Assembly: GCA_030141605.1 (NCBI GenBank)
Contig: JAQGDQ010000025.1
Span: forward strand, 540,907-604,906
Origin: Tubiluchus corallicola
Taxonomy: Eukaryota; Animalia; Priapulida
DNA length: 64,000 nucleotides
Direction of reading: 5' to 3'
Of the stretch, positions 27,691 to 40,250 are shown piece by piece. The first letter of the stretch is position 1. The number at the start of each line of letters is the position of its first letter. Below the pieces are notes generated by a model. That model was not told the DNA's origin. It saw nothing but the letters and a program-made list of their open reading frames with translations, and ran no database searches. The position numbers and the translations under genes were made by a program.

Positions 27691-28516
27691 TATTTTCTTC
27701 TATTATGCTCTAGTTCACATCCTTTCTACAAAAACTGTTTTTAGAAAATCGTTTTTAAAGTGTTAGATTATTTCAAATTATCTTTTGTCAGCTGAGCATC
27801 AACATCTAGATAGATTTAAATTAATTCCTTATTTACTGCTTGCATAACCTGCACTTTAATATTGAATATATTCCCGTGTTTAGAATCGGCTCAATTTTCA
27901 TGATAAACCATCAATCTTCAAAAATGATCGATAATTGGCTAATGATCAATTGTAAAATTTTGCAGTGTTGTGTCAGTATGAAATTAAAATGTTAAGCTTT
28001 CGACTGTTTCATCTGTTTCCTTGCATTACCTCAAGGCTTTCATTCTACAGTATTAAATAATAAAAATGAGTGATGAACTGTGCAAAATCTTACTCTGATT
28101 GTATTAAGCAATCATCACAATGTGCTTATGATGCAGTGCTTAGTCAAATGTCATGGTCGACTAACTTTCGATAAAATTAATTAATTGGAGCAGCACTAAT
28201 ATTTACAATACATAATTGTGTACTAGAACTACAATATAATAATTAAATCTAATAGAATTTGTTTTTTAATTTTTGCAGGTATTTTTATGAACAGGTGAAA
28301 TTCACATGTGTCAGGTGAAATGGTCATCTCCTCGTACACATGGATAACTTTATGTATGCTATGAGCTTGCAAACTTACTCAAAAAAAAACAAATTCCTTT
28401 CTTGAGTAGTGAGGATTTTAGAGTTTTTTCACGTGGTAAAGTCCTAAACTTGAGGACAATAACATTTTAATACATGCTATATACTTATAGCTCACCATTT
28501 TAAAAGTAATAAAGTT

Positions 28517-30697
28517 ATGACCGAGAAAGATAATAAAAGTCCGCCAACTAAAAAATTACGTCAGATTGGCATCATGGAAGGATTCCAATTACAAAAGCAT
28601 AAGAACACTAGCGTTTCTACCAGTGCATCGAACAAGTTTAGTCAGAAAGGTTGGTCAGATGCTGCTAATGTATTCTCTCAGGATGACATAGTACAGAACA
28701 AGACAGGCACAGCAATGCAGAGAGTGCCACCAAACATTACAAAAGAGTCATCAACATCTGTCACTTCCTGTACAGATGAGGGGAACTTACTGCAGGAGAG
28801 TCATCCGGAGAAGGAGGCTACGTCAAACTCTAGAAGGTTTACTTACAAGACCACATCAAGCTTCAAAGAACTTACTAGTAAAATTGCGTCGAGTTTCAAA
28901 GAGCTGACTAATAACGAACCTGCTTCAAGTTCCGGAGAGATCACTAACAAGGCTATATCAAGCTCTACAAATTTTACAACCACTGTTCCATCATGTTCCT
29001 CTAGACAACTTAATAGCAAAGTTGCATCAAACTCTATAGAGCCTATTAGTTCAGATGCAAAACTATCCAGTACTGATGATGCGCAAAATTGGAAAGGCAT
29101 TCCAATTTCACGGATGAATCGCACCCCAGACTGCAGTCCTGTATTGCCAACATTGGAAGCAACTGCTCAGCATACTGTGATGTTTCATTTGCCAATTGAA
29201 TCCTCGTCGCATCCGCCTCTGCCATTTCCCAGTGAACCTCGAGATAAGTGGGATGACAGACATGTTCGTATGCCGTGTTCACCAGATAATCTGTATCCGC
29301 AAGAAAGCGAACACGGCAAGAAAAAGCTTCAGCGAAGATGGGAATTAATACAGCAGGCACTTGTTCGTAACATACATTCTTCATTAGACGTGGAGGAAAT
29401 AATCCTAATGTATAATACACGTTATGCTAAAAAGTGGTCGTTTTGTGGATTCCACTCATTCTTCACTGAGTATTTAAGTAGAACAGATGCAGATAATTAT
29501 CTAAGAAACGTCTTACCGAAACTAGCCAAGCTTGCTCTTCAGTTGCCACGCTTGTGCACTCAGCCGATTCCATTGTTAAAACAGGGTATGAATCATAGCA
29601 TTACTTTAACTCAGCAGCAGGTAGCGTGCTTGTTAGCAAATGCTTTCTTTTGCACCTTTCCTCGTCGTAATGCAAGAGAGAAAAAGTCGGAGTATTCCAC
29701 ATTTCCATCTGTTAACTTTTCTGGTTTGTTTGGAGGTGCTCGCCCGGGAAGGCGAGACTGCATGAATGAGAAGCTTAGAACTCTTTTCCACTATTTTGAG
29801 CGAATCACAAACAGCATGCCTACAGGCGTCATCACCTTTGAGAGGAGGTGCATTCCGGAAGACAGATTGCCGGATTGGATGTGTTGTACGACTCTTCTTC
29901 CAAAATTCCATGTAGCATCTCAAGGCATTATAGAGGATAATGGTACCGGAATGCTTCAGGTGGATTTTGCTAATAAGTTTGTGGGCGGTGGATGTTTGGG
30001 ACAGGGTATGGTGCAGGAAGAGATCCGATTCCTTATCTGTCCAGAAATGATTGTTTCTCGATTGTTCACAGAAGCTCTGGCAAGAAACGAAGTTTTGGTT
30101 CTCACTGGTTGTGAAAGGTTTAGCTCTTACAGTGGGTATGGAGATACTTACACCTGGGCAGGCGACTACTGTGATCAAGTTCAAAGAGATGCATGGTTTA
30201 GATTGCAGACCGAAGTCGTTGCAATGGATGCACTGCATTTTCGCACTCGGACATACCAGTACCAGTTGTCTCCAGTGTTACGAGAGTTAAACAAAGCTTA
30301 TGTCGGTTTTTATTCCAGCGTTGGCCCACCATTTACAGCAGTTGCTACTGGCAACTGGGGCTGCGGAGCCTTTAAAGGTGATCCATATCTTAAAAGCCTC
30401 TTGCAGTTACTTGCGGCAGCAGAGGCCGGCCGCGATGTGGTATATTTCACTTTTGGTGATGAAGACCTGCGTGACAAATTATATGAGGCATACACAATTT
30501 TGTCAGAACTGCGCCTTTCTGCTGCTGATATTCTACCTCTGATTGAGCAATATTACATCAGGTACTGTGCATGTGAGAGCCTAGAAGATGGCCGCCCACA
30601 ACTGAATTTGGTTAGTTACATACTTAAAGTTTACTGTGATGGTGATTTTGATAATGAGAACGAAGAATCTTTTGACAATGAAGCTGCAACACCGTAA
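28517..30697 (+). CDS. PARG: Poly(ADP-ribose) glycohydrolase, single-exon CDS, 726 aa
   Basis: Uninterrupted ORF with KWD..HVRMPCS, LLANAFFCTFP, the catalytic loop VDFANKFVGGGCLGQGMVQEEIRF (GGG-X-QEE), ATGNWGCGAF.GD and a low-complexity Ser/Thr-rich N-terminus. Confidence 0.96.
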   Translation: MTEKDNKSPPTKKLRQIGIMEGFQLQKHKNTSVSTSASNKFSQKGWSDAANVFSQDDIVQNKTGTAMQRVPPNITKESSTSVTSCTDEGNLLQESHPEKEATSNSRRFTYKTTSSFKELTSKIASSFKELTNNEPASSSGEITNKAISSSTNFTTTVPSCSSRQLNSKVASNSIEPISSDAKLSSTDDAQNWKGIPISRMNRTPDCSPVLPTLEATAQHTVMFHLPIESSSHPPLPFPSEPRDKWDDRHVRMPCSPDNLYPQESEHGKKKLQRRWELIQQALVRNIHSSLDVEEIILMYNTRYAKKWSFCGFHSFFTEYLSRTDADNYLRNVLPKLAKLALQLPRLCTQPIPLLKQGMNHSITLTQQQVACLLANAFFCTFPRRNAREKKSEYSTFPSVNFSGLFGGARPGRRDCMNEKLRTLFHYFERITNSMPTGVITFERRCIPEDRLPDWMCCTTLLPKFHVASQGIIEDNGTGMLQVDFANKFVGGGCLGQGMVQEEIRFLICPEMIVSRLFTEALARNEVLVLTGCERFSSYSGYGDTYTWAGDYCDQVQRDAWFRLQTEVVAMDALHFRTRTYQYQLSPVLRELNKAYVGFYSSVGPPFTAVATGNWGCGAFKGDPYLKSLLQLLAAAEAGRDVVYFTFGDEDLRDKLYEAYTILSELRLSAADILPLIEQYYIRYCACESLEDGRPQLNLVSYILKVYCDGDFDNENEESFDNEAATP

Positions 30698-31406
30698 AAA
30701 CGTGCAACACAAACCTGGTTGTGTTTATTTAGGAACAGTTATTGTACATGCCAATTAATATAAACAAATTCAGTAAGTAATAATTTGTACATAATTATTG
30801 TAAACAGAAAACAAAAATAACGAACTGGAAGTACATGATGACTTTGTATTTACAGTTTTACTGTTTATAAATGGTTTCACATAAGAAGCTTTTTAAAAAA
30901 GCATTGAAATCCCTTCATTAATCAATACATTCTTTTTTCTCTCACAATTTATGAACAGTGTAAGAAATGTCTTTTATTTGATAGTAATTACCTCTACCTC
31001 TTATTCGTGTTACCAGTAAGTTACACTACAGGCTTTAAACAGAAGTGGTGTTGGACCAGCTACTGCTACGATTGTAGTGGCTACTATCTAGTCTTTGCTG
31101 TCTGCTGTGTGTACCTGTCTTGAGAGCAGATTTCTTTTACTTTAGAGTTCTTCCGACCCGATGTCTACTGTTTGCAATAGATGTAATAAGCATTCGGTGA
31201 TGACCTTTGAACTGGCCAAGTGATAATGAATAAGAAACATCGTGTATTGTTTTCTAGCGATTGCTTGTCTTCAAAAAATTGAAGCTAGGTTGAAGCCTAC
31301 ACCTGCCAAATCTTGAAATGACATAATAGGAAATGTACGATATCATATCTAAATTATAATATTTTCTGCTGTGGTTTCTATTAAAATTTCTGTTTTAATA
31401 GTGCAT

Positions 31407-31552
31407 AGTGCGGATGTTTAATCTGACATCAGCAGATAGGTTTATTGCAAATTTTCATTGGTGTTGAAGTTGCACAATCAGTGCGGATGTTTAATCTGAC
31501 ATCAGCAGATAGGTTTATTGCAAATTTTCAATGGTGTTGAAGTTGCACAATC
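31407..31552. repeat. 73-bp tandem duplication
   Basis: agtgcggatgtttaatctgac...gttgcacaatc at 31407 and 31480. Confidence 0.9.
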
Positions 31553-32411
31553 ATCAATACAAATATTGTAGTTAAACCGAGTGACTGATTTTTATGAAAC
31601 TTATCAATTTTTAAGTTTTACTTGTTATCTTAATAATCAAAACGGCTCATGAATTACACTTCACTTGTGTTTTTGTATGTGTGTGTGTGCTTGCATATGC
31701 AAACTCAATTTCTATATAATTTATGGAAGTGTTTAATATAGAAATTGCAATAATATAATAATCGCTGCACATCATGCATTCTATTATATTATTAGCTTTT
31801 TTAACATGCAAACAGCGGAACCTAAAAAGCAGTTGCAGGGAATTTCAGCTAGTTTATCTAGTTACCAGACTCACTTGTCTGTTACACTCCAGAAATTGTC
31901 GTATTCTGTGCTGAGAAGAATGAATAAAACAATTCCGAGTTGAAAGAAGGGAAGTCAGGGTTTTTCTAAACACTGTGGGGATCTGTCTTATAGCAGTTCT
32001 GTACAGTTCCTCCAGAGCATTCCTGCATATTATGTTGTGTTAACTTACAAATTAGTGTTGTTCCTTCAAAGTCTTAGTCTGTATGTGACAATGAGGTAAT
32101 GTGTATCATTTCTTCTTAAAATCAGTGTACCAGAAAATGTTGAACTGAGACTGATTATTCCTGCGAATGTAGGTAAAAATGGCACAAGTAAAAATGGCAC
32201 GGTAAAAACTGCATAGGAAAACTGGCACATGTTATTTTGATTCAAATAATTTCTGTAACAGAACTAGAATGCATCAGTAGAAACTAAAGCCAAGCAATGG
32301 TAAACATGTTCGCCTGATTTTTGTTGTAGAGTACATAAAAACAGAGACAAATAATCAATTATATTAAAATGTGTCTGTCAGGCCTACAGAGAGGAGGGTC
32401 AGACGGGCTAG

Positions 32412-32989
32412 TCTTAAACCGTAGATCAAAACAATGTACTCTTTAAAATATTGAAAGGAAACATACTATTTTTTCAAAAGTGACACACGTGAAAGAATTA
32501 TTACCACACAAACACAATATCGCATTCGCGCCACTAGTTCTTCGCTATTACATGCATTTTGCCATTCCCTGTTAGGCGGGCATTAGTACCTGCATTTCGG
32601 AATCGCATTGCACAAAGAAAAGGTGTTGTACCTCTCAGTTCAGGTCTGTTAGTTTGTGACGAACTGCACACGTTCGACAGCTCATGCGTGAGTACAACGG
32701 TAAATTTGACATTTGAATTTTATCTTAAAACTTGTCTAGTTTTAGTACAACACACTGAATATTTTACAGTACCACTGTACTTCAATTTTCGCTTTCGCAA
32801 ACACGTGCATCAGCATTTACTGAGTTTGTGATGTTACCAATAGTTGGGCTCGCCCGTTGTTAATTAACTTAATTAATCTATAATTTAATTATCAGAAAAG
32901 CGTTTGCAGTATTAATTTGTTAAAATGTATACTTTTTATTGGACTTGAAAACGGGTTAGTATATGAACAATCATTCTCTCTTCCTTTAA
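32412..32989 (+). repeat. Dispersed ~500-bp repeat, copy 2
   Basis: Similar to 21573-22080, with an internal insertion and the same cttcctttaa end. Confidence 0.8.
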
Positions 32990-35029
32990 ACAGGTTATTT
33001 TCATTAATGATGAAACTTTAATTTTTTTATCTACAGACTTGGAATCGAACAAAAAATAGTAAAACAGTTTGTAGAATGTGTCGGTAAACATGCAATATTA
33101 ATAGATTTAAAACATGAACAGTTGAAGGAAAATTAAAAAGCAGGTGCTTCGTAAATTACTATTTTATTGCATGTACAAAACATATTAGAACTATGTTTTC
33201 GCTTCTTGCACAAGTTTTGTAAACACTCAAATTACTGTTCTGTTTTTATCATCTTTCGTATGCTTATAATTTATATAACAAAGTATTTTTAGGATTCTAT
33301 CATTTAGCAGTGAGTACGAAACTACAATGCACAACATTGATTTGGTAAATTGGTCGTTCAATCGGTCATGAACCAAAGTATGGTGTCAACGAAATTTCGA
33401 AAATTTAATAAGTACAATATTAAAGGTAAATTACCTGTAATTAATTATGCATTTTCAAATTTAAAGCGACAGCTAAGAGAATCAAACGGGAGTCTCTTGT
33501 TCATGCAGTTCACATTCATATGTGGATCTTTTAACAGTATATTGCGCTGCCTTTTTGGCCTTCAGAAAATCGCCTTAAAAATTATGTTACTTTATAGCAA
33601 TTTCATGCATAAGTCGTACTGCGTTGAAAGGATTTTTTGATTGTTTTCATTTTAAATTTACCGCGACTCTATCGACCCCTCTATTACATGACGTAATATA
33701 CGTGCAACGTAAATCAGGCGAAGAAAAGGAAATGTTAAATTATGTCCCAAAAGACTTTCCATGCAAAATTATGTTACTTAGCATTTCGCTTACCTGCTTG
33801 AAAGACTTATGTAACTAGAAAAGAAAATTATTAATTATTTAATATGCTTTCACTAATTGGTAAAATGTCGCTGACTCACCCTCAAAGGTGCACCACTCAT
33901 TTGCCAAAAACGTATTTTAAAAGTGTATTTTACGGTAATTAAAAATTTTATTTAGTTAGTGACGTGTGCGCTACGAACACTCTGATTATTTTTTTAAACT
34001 TTACTCAGTGTTATCAAAATGGCTGCGTCTAACGGTCATCGCAGGAGTTTTAATCTACATGTTTCATACAGCGTTACTGCCAACGCAAGTTCCCTTATGC
34101 AAAAAGGCAGTATGGAAGTATAAAAATTCAATAAGAATTTTTTGAGCTTTATGTAAGTGGAGGGTTTTCTTGTGTTTTAAGATCTGACCTAAAGGCAATA
34201 TCGGTGTACTAAAATTTGATGGATTCTGCCAATTTGCCATCATTTCTGTGGCTTCTCACTGCTGCACGTACAACGGCGCAGGTATATCAGCGCTAGCTTT
34301 TATTGCTAATTGCCTCGGGATGTTAACAATGGGCTGTGTCAGCTGTCTTAATCACAGCAGCAATCATAGCTTTGAGTCTTTGGGAAGCTAATTAATTTTG
34401 CAAAGAAATCGTGCCAAGTGTCACAGTTCATTGCAGAACTTTTCGTTAAACCAAACTATATTACCTAAAACGGCGTATATGCACGCGAACAATATAAATA
34501 ATAATTATTGTCAATAGTGAGCAATAATTTCGTTTTGCACACCCAAGTTTTGCTACACTCTTCATTATCGCCTGCAAATGCTCAGTAGTACTACAGCACA
34601 ATATTCGCCATTGCTCAGTGTATTTATTTTTGATAATAATTTAAATTGCGCTTACGTGCGTGTATCCCTAATTATGGTTTTGGGTTAAAGTTAGGGTTAG
34701 AGTTAAGGTAGGAGTTTAACTTCATTAATTTTGTAGGTTATGACTTCAAAATGAAATCGTGATTGTTGCCTCAGTTTATTAGCAATGTTTACAAAAATCA
34801 CATAGAGTAGTAATAAATGACAAGATTGGTAAAGAAGCCGAATAAGGCGTGTAAAGTTACTTAGGTAGGTGAGTATAAATATTGTTTGCATTTGCATTTA
34901 ATATAAGTAAATCGTTTACCATATAACCCTGCTCATAAAACAATGAAAAACTAAGACGAAACACAGAAAAAATTGTAAGCACAAAATCAAAACTTAAAAA
35001 AACAGTAAAGCTTCAGATCGACAGCTGTT

Positions 35030-35770
35030 TTTGTTAAGGAAGTTTCATTTCACAATCTGTTCGATTAATCAATCTTCAAGTCAAAAGAAACTTCCAACAA
35101 CGAAGCTTTTTCATTAATGAAGCTTCCTCAGAAATAACAGAAATTTGCAGGTGTGTGAAGCTTCATTGAAGCTTCAAGTCAATAAACAGTTCTTTAATTG
35201 CAAATATAGTCTTTGTTGTATCTACTTCAATTACTGTAGTTACAACTTAACAGATTCTTCCATCAGTTTTAATTCACCAGGTAATGGCACAGCGAAGCCT
35301 CATTTCAGCCAATCCTTCCATCAACCAAGCTTTAATTCAAGAGATGCTTCCGCTAATTTAATAAATGATTCGTCAAAGAAATTTCTATTTAACATGCACT
35401 TCCATTAGTGCACCTTCAATTCAATAACTACTTTTCCTTGCGAAGCTTCAATTCAACAGACGTTTCCATCAGCAAATGTTTAATTCATCAGATGTTTGCA
35501 TCAATGTACCTTCAATTTGATACGTACATGTATATTGACACTTCAATTCAACAGATACACGACACACACAATATCCAATAGCAAAACTTCAAATTAACTG
35601 ATATTTTCAATCCATCAGACGCTTCCTTCAGTGCAGCTTCAATTAATTAATTTAATAGCGTCTTTAGCAATGTTTCTTTACAGTTCAACACCGCTGTCAT
35701 TAACGAAGCTTTAATTAATGAAACTGACGCAGCAATCAAACTTTAACTGAACAGTTGCTTTCATCAATGA
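35030..35770. repeat. Degenerate tandem repeat (gcttcaattcaacaga-like)
   Basis: Recurrent gaagctt / ttcaattcaa motifs at irregular ~30-bp spacing. Confidence 0.5.
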
Positions 35771-36149
35771 CACAGTTTGTAAAAACTTCGCCTGATCTTG
35801 TTGTTATGGTTGGTTTCTTCCTATGTGGGGTTGCGACTACTTACTGTTACTTACTAGTTTATAATTTTTTCGTTTCCGAGATTCTGCAAGCAGATTATAT
35901 TGTCCGCAAGTCCGCATCAATGCATGTACAAAGTCATGCAACTTTTTACTAGTTTTAGCTAAACAGAAACATCTAGGCTTACCTTACCTTAAGAAATGCT
36001 ATGTGGCCGCTAAAGTTTCCTTATTATCATCTCTATATTTTGAGATTCAAGACGCGTTTTGCAAATCTTATTTAAATCTATTTGGTAGTAATTGTTAGTA
36101 TTTTAATTAGCGCAGATTGGTAACTTTCTGAATTCTAAATTAATTGGCT

Positions 36150-36158
36150 GTGTATGTG

Positions 36159-36248
<90 letters not shown>

Positions 36249-36315
36249 TGTTTGTGCGTGTGTGTGTTTGTTTGTGCGTGCGTGCGTGCATGTGTGTGTG
36301 TGTGTGTGTGTGTGT
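36150..36315. repeat. (GT)n microsatellite
   Basis: Long TG run. Smaller runs occur at 10460-10506 and 61375-61430. Confidence 0.97.
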
Positions 36316-36683
36316 AACAGAAAGTTCCGACTTTAATGCTTGGCTGCGAATAAACAATTTTTCACTGTGATTTTTGATGCCTTTTTTCTCTCAGGCAGAA
36401 AGAACACATCACTGATAACAATGTCATCATTGTATCATGATCTCTGTGATTTCTAAGCGCTGTAGCAAACTAATCTAGATGCTTGAAAAGTTTCGTATAT
36501 GCAAAAGTTATGATGCTGATGCTTGAAAGTCAGAAAGTCGGTAATTCTGATGCTACAAGCTCAGGTGTCCATGTTTTTCTTTGTGATTTCTAAACGCTTT
36601 ACCAGTCTAGATGCTTGATGAGTTTCATATACCTACGCAGGAGTTTTGATGCTACATACTTGGAACTCCAGGACTCCATGAAG

Positions 36684-39600
36684 CTACATACTTGGGAGTC
36701 CATGCTTTTCTCTGTGATTTCTAAACGCTGTACCGAACCAGTCTAGATGCTTGATGAGTTTCTGGATGGAAAATGTAATATGAGTATTGAGAGGTTTCCC
36801 TTCCGGGGAAATTTGTTCAGGCGCATTGGGGATGCATAAGATGAAGGGGATTGTTGCTGCACCCATGGCTGCTCCAAATGATCTCAGTTGCATAGCAACA
36901 CGACATCCGCCAAATAGTCCTGAAAAAAGATGTGGAAAAACGAAATTACAACCTCTTTTGTAACCGTTGTTGCATAGAAAACAGATCATAGGCATTCCCT
37001 TATCTAGACACATAATAAGTTTGCTGGTAGTAACTTTTCTTTGAGGTGACGTCGGCTTCTATAGAGCAACAAACGTTACTCGGGACCGACTCTACCACTA
37101 GGCAAACTAGGCAGTTGCTTAGGGCGCCAAATTTTGGGGGTGCCAAATTCTCGAAATTTTTGGCATCGTAATGTCTTGATACGCCTCTGGGAGAAACCCT
37201 AGAGGATGGGGCGCCAAAGAATACTTTTCCTAGGGCGCCAAAGTACCTAGAGCCGGGTCTGACGTTACTGTTACTGTCCAGTTATGGTCATTTAATGCTT
37301 GCATATTTATACTCTTATTGTTTTAGTTATTTTAGTACTAAGTTCCCAAAAATGACTGTGAATTTCCCAGAGGAATATGATAAGTTGGCATGTTTGTTTT
37401 TGAAATGTGGAACAACTAACCGCCCTTTCTGCCTTGTTTCTAAAGGGACCAAATATTTGTGTCAAGACCAAATATTTTCGTGTCAAGACCAAATATTTGA
37501 GCTATGCCAGGAGCGGACACATCTTTTGACTATTCTGGGAAGCCAGTTAGAAAAGATGTAACTTATTTGTTTCAGTTACTTCCCTGGTCACGCAAGTAAA
37601 TGAAAATGGAAAGCTGTTTTTATTCTGTTGATTAATTTGCTCACAGAAAAGCTATAAAAGTTATATAACTTGGGATACGAAGAATGTAAAATCAATGCAG
37701 AATCAGTCTGGTTACAGTCTGTACAGATGACACATCAGCTCTGTGCTAACGTGAGGCTCAACATGATATCCAACGACTTCTTTACGAGATCACACAGAGC
37801 TTGATCCACGTGACATTTTTCCCGCTTATTATATCTTGTTATGTTAAGCAAGTATAAAGCTGTTTAATGCCTGGGGTACCAAAAAGTGACATTAATTCTT
37901 TCTATATTTTTTGCGTTGGAGACGAAAGGCGCAACAGAGTAAGGACAGTGTCTGTTTGGCTGTGATGTGAAGCAACGTCAAATCTGATTTGGGAAAAAGT
38001 GGGGATAACTGCCAGGGTTCCGGCTATCTGCCTCGTTACAGTCTCACCTTAGAGCATTGTCCTGCACTACATTCCAGTCCCGTCACAACCAATTAGGTCA
38101 AGTAGGCCATGTCATCCAGTTGAATTCAGACTTTTTATAGACTTCTTTTTTGTTAAATTACTTTAAATAAAACTGTTGTTACTTTTATGTAGTTCAGCAC
38201 ACTACAAACTAGAGCCCCTCACCCAACAGCAGAGCTTACTACTAGTGATAAGTGGCTGTGTTGTGACTGGAATCTAGTTTAATGTGCATGACTGTCAGGG
38301 GTAATCTTTTAACACGAGACACTGCAGAGGGACCTTAGGTTGGTTCACAAAGTAAAACTTCTAGCGCTTTGCTTGAACAAAAGAAATACAATCAGGACTT
38401 TATCGGAGGTGAAAGGACCAATTTTCCTGGTGGTCACTCATTTATCTGCTGTCCAAGCTTGGCGTTGCTTAACTACCCAAGCGTACGCCGAGATCAGGAA
38501 TCGTAAGCCGAAAGAGGATCAGCAGATTAAAAGTCTCAACAAATTACATAATCAAGTTGTTTTAGCAACAGTCGCTTTGTTTGTTTAAAAGGTAAAGACT
38601 AGGTCACATGTCTAAACGACAAAAAATGTTAGTATACAATATTTAGCTTGTTCGCGAGACAAAGTAATATATTCATATTCAAGCTAGTGATTTTTACGTC
38701 ATTATAATTGTTTTGCTAGTATTTTTACAAAATGTACTAGTAAATGTATTTAACTTATTTGTATTTTAACTTATATATGTAGACACATCTTATCTTTTAA
38801 CTTATTTCGGCATTATTTCCTACCGTCTGAATAACATACGATTCCTAGGGGTTTTCCCAAGTAGGACGGTATATCATAATGTAGAATCATGTTAGTTAGA
38901 GCTGGCGGAATGCTTTGGTAGAATTCAGCCGCCACTACGATGTAGGCATCAGCAGCTTCAATCTGGACTTTGGCTTTCTTCATAAAGTCTGGCGCATCGG
39001 TTTCCATCTCTGGACAGCACCGGTAACTTCGCTGCATCAATGGAAACGGTAGCTCTTTTGGATCTGAAAAAAATTCGCATAATTACGGCACGTGTTGCGT
39101 TAAAACACAGTAAGTGACTCCGATCTCAGGCAGGTATAAAAATACAATACGAAACTAGTAGCTCAGCTGGCATGGGAGCACCAATCTCAGGCCTCCGGTT
39201 CAAATCCCGACTAGTCCACAATTTTTCAGCGTCTCCTGTCTTTCTCTAACTCATTTACCCGCAAAGGGTAATAATTGTTAAAAATAAATCGCAATGGTTT
39301 ACAGAAATTCTGGCAATCACAGTCATAATGTAACTTTAACAAACACAACATGATACAGCTACTAGCCCTACCCAGTACTCATTTTTGATCGATTTAAAAC
39401 GATAACACTGCTCTCACCTACTTTTATATGATAGCAACGGTTACCTTGTTGAGTTTGCAATGCAGCAACCACTTTGAGTTTTCAGTAGTGTGAATAAGCA
39501 GTGTCCTTGTTTAAAGTAATGAGCGTTAGATAAACGGTTTTTACATATGGTCATGTTTTGTCGTCCAACTAAAGTTATGTCAGCAAATTATGCGTGCAGA

Positions 39601-40250
39601 ACAGAATAAAGGTTTATTTTTTACATGGATGTATATACATCAAAATTGCATATAATACAATAGTTCCATGATGATCCATGCGTGATTAGTGCATTAGAAT
39701 AGACAGTTTTAAATAAATAAAATTCTACAGTAAAAATTTCATGTTAATAGCAATACATTAAAATTAAATGAACATTTTAAATTTAAAAAAAGCCTAATTT
39801 GCGGTGTGTCATGGTCATCTGCGTTTTGTTGACCAACTTTCGTAGAAAATGGATGCGCTGTCTTTTAAACTTTCGTCTCTCAGTTTTCTCAGTATTTTGC
39901 GAAGACAGGGCGTTAAGTGAGAATGTTAAGAAAGGCTGGTTTCGTATGTGTGTGAGTGCATGCACGTGTGCGCGTGTTTTGTGTGACTGTGCGTGCGAAC
40001 AACTAGAATCTACCTGTAAACTGATTCTGACTATAGTGCCGCCCTGTACTGTAGTGCAGCTACTTTGGTACTCACACAATAAATGATACCATTTTTCAAA
40101 CAGTTAAACAAGGAACTCACCAAACACGATTACATTGTGGCTAGTTTCTTCCAGATTTGATTTAATGAAAGTAGTTATTCGTTCACACACTCTCTGTTCA
40201 CGTACCGAACCCATGAAAACAATAACGGTCAATTTTTTATCTGCCGCCAT
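36684..40250 (-). CDS. NADPH-dependent FMN reductase / quinone reductase (flavodoxin-like), 3 exons, ~201 aa
   Basis: Exons 40250-40121, 39063-38824, 36919-36684 (606 nt, phases 1/1). Protein MAADKKLTVIVFMGSVREQR...AADAYIVVAAEFYQSIPPALTN...KPLGIVCYSDGLFGGCRVAMQLR carries the GSxR phosphate loop and the ADA..(P/A)EY..S.P and KP...S.G..GG.R motifs of the FMN_red family. Confidence 0.88.
37081..37261. mobile_element. hAT-like MITE (181 bp) in FMN reductase intron
   Basis: Perfect 8-bp TSD acgttact, TIRs cgggaccgactct / agagccgggtctg, and internal (ta)gggcgccaa repeats. Confidence 0.85.

Noticed and set aside
29046-30542. Antisense and alternate-frame ORFs overlapping PARG
   Set aside because: They are shadow ORFs of a long, GC-richer CDS, with no independent motifs.
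36103-36370. Cys-Val / His-Thr repeat ORFs
   Set aside because: They are translations of the (GT)n microsatellite.
39158-39215. tRNA gene candidate (tagctcag...ggttcaaatccc)
   Set aside because: A and B boxes are present but no consistent cloverleaf or anticodon arm forms. It is more likely a SINE head remnant.
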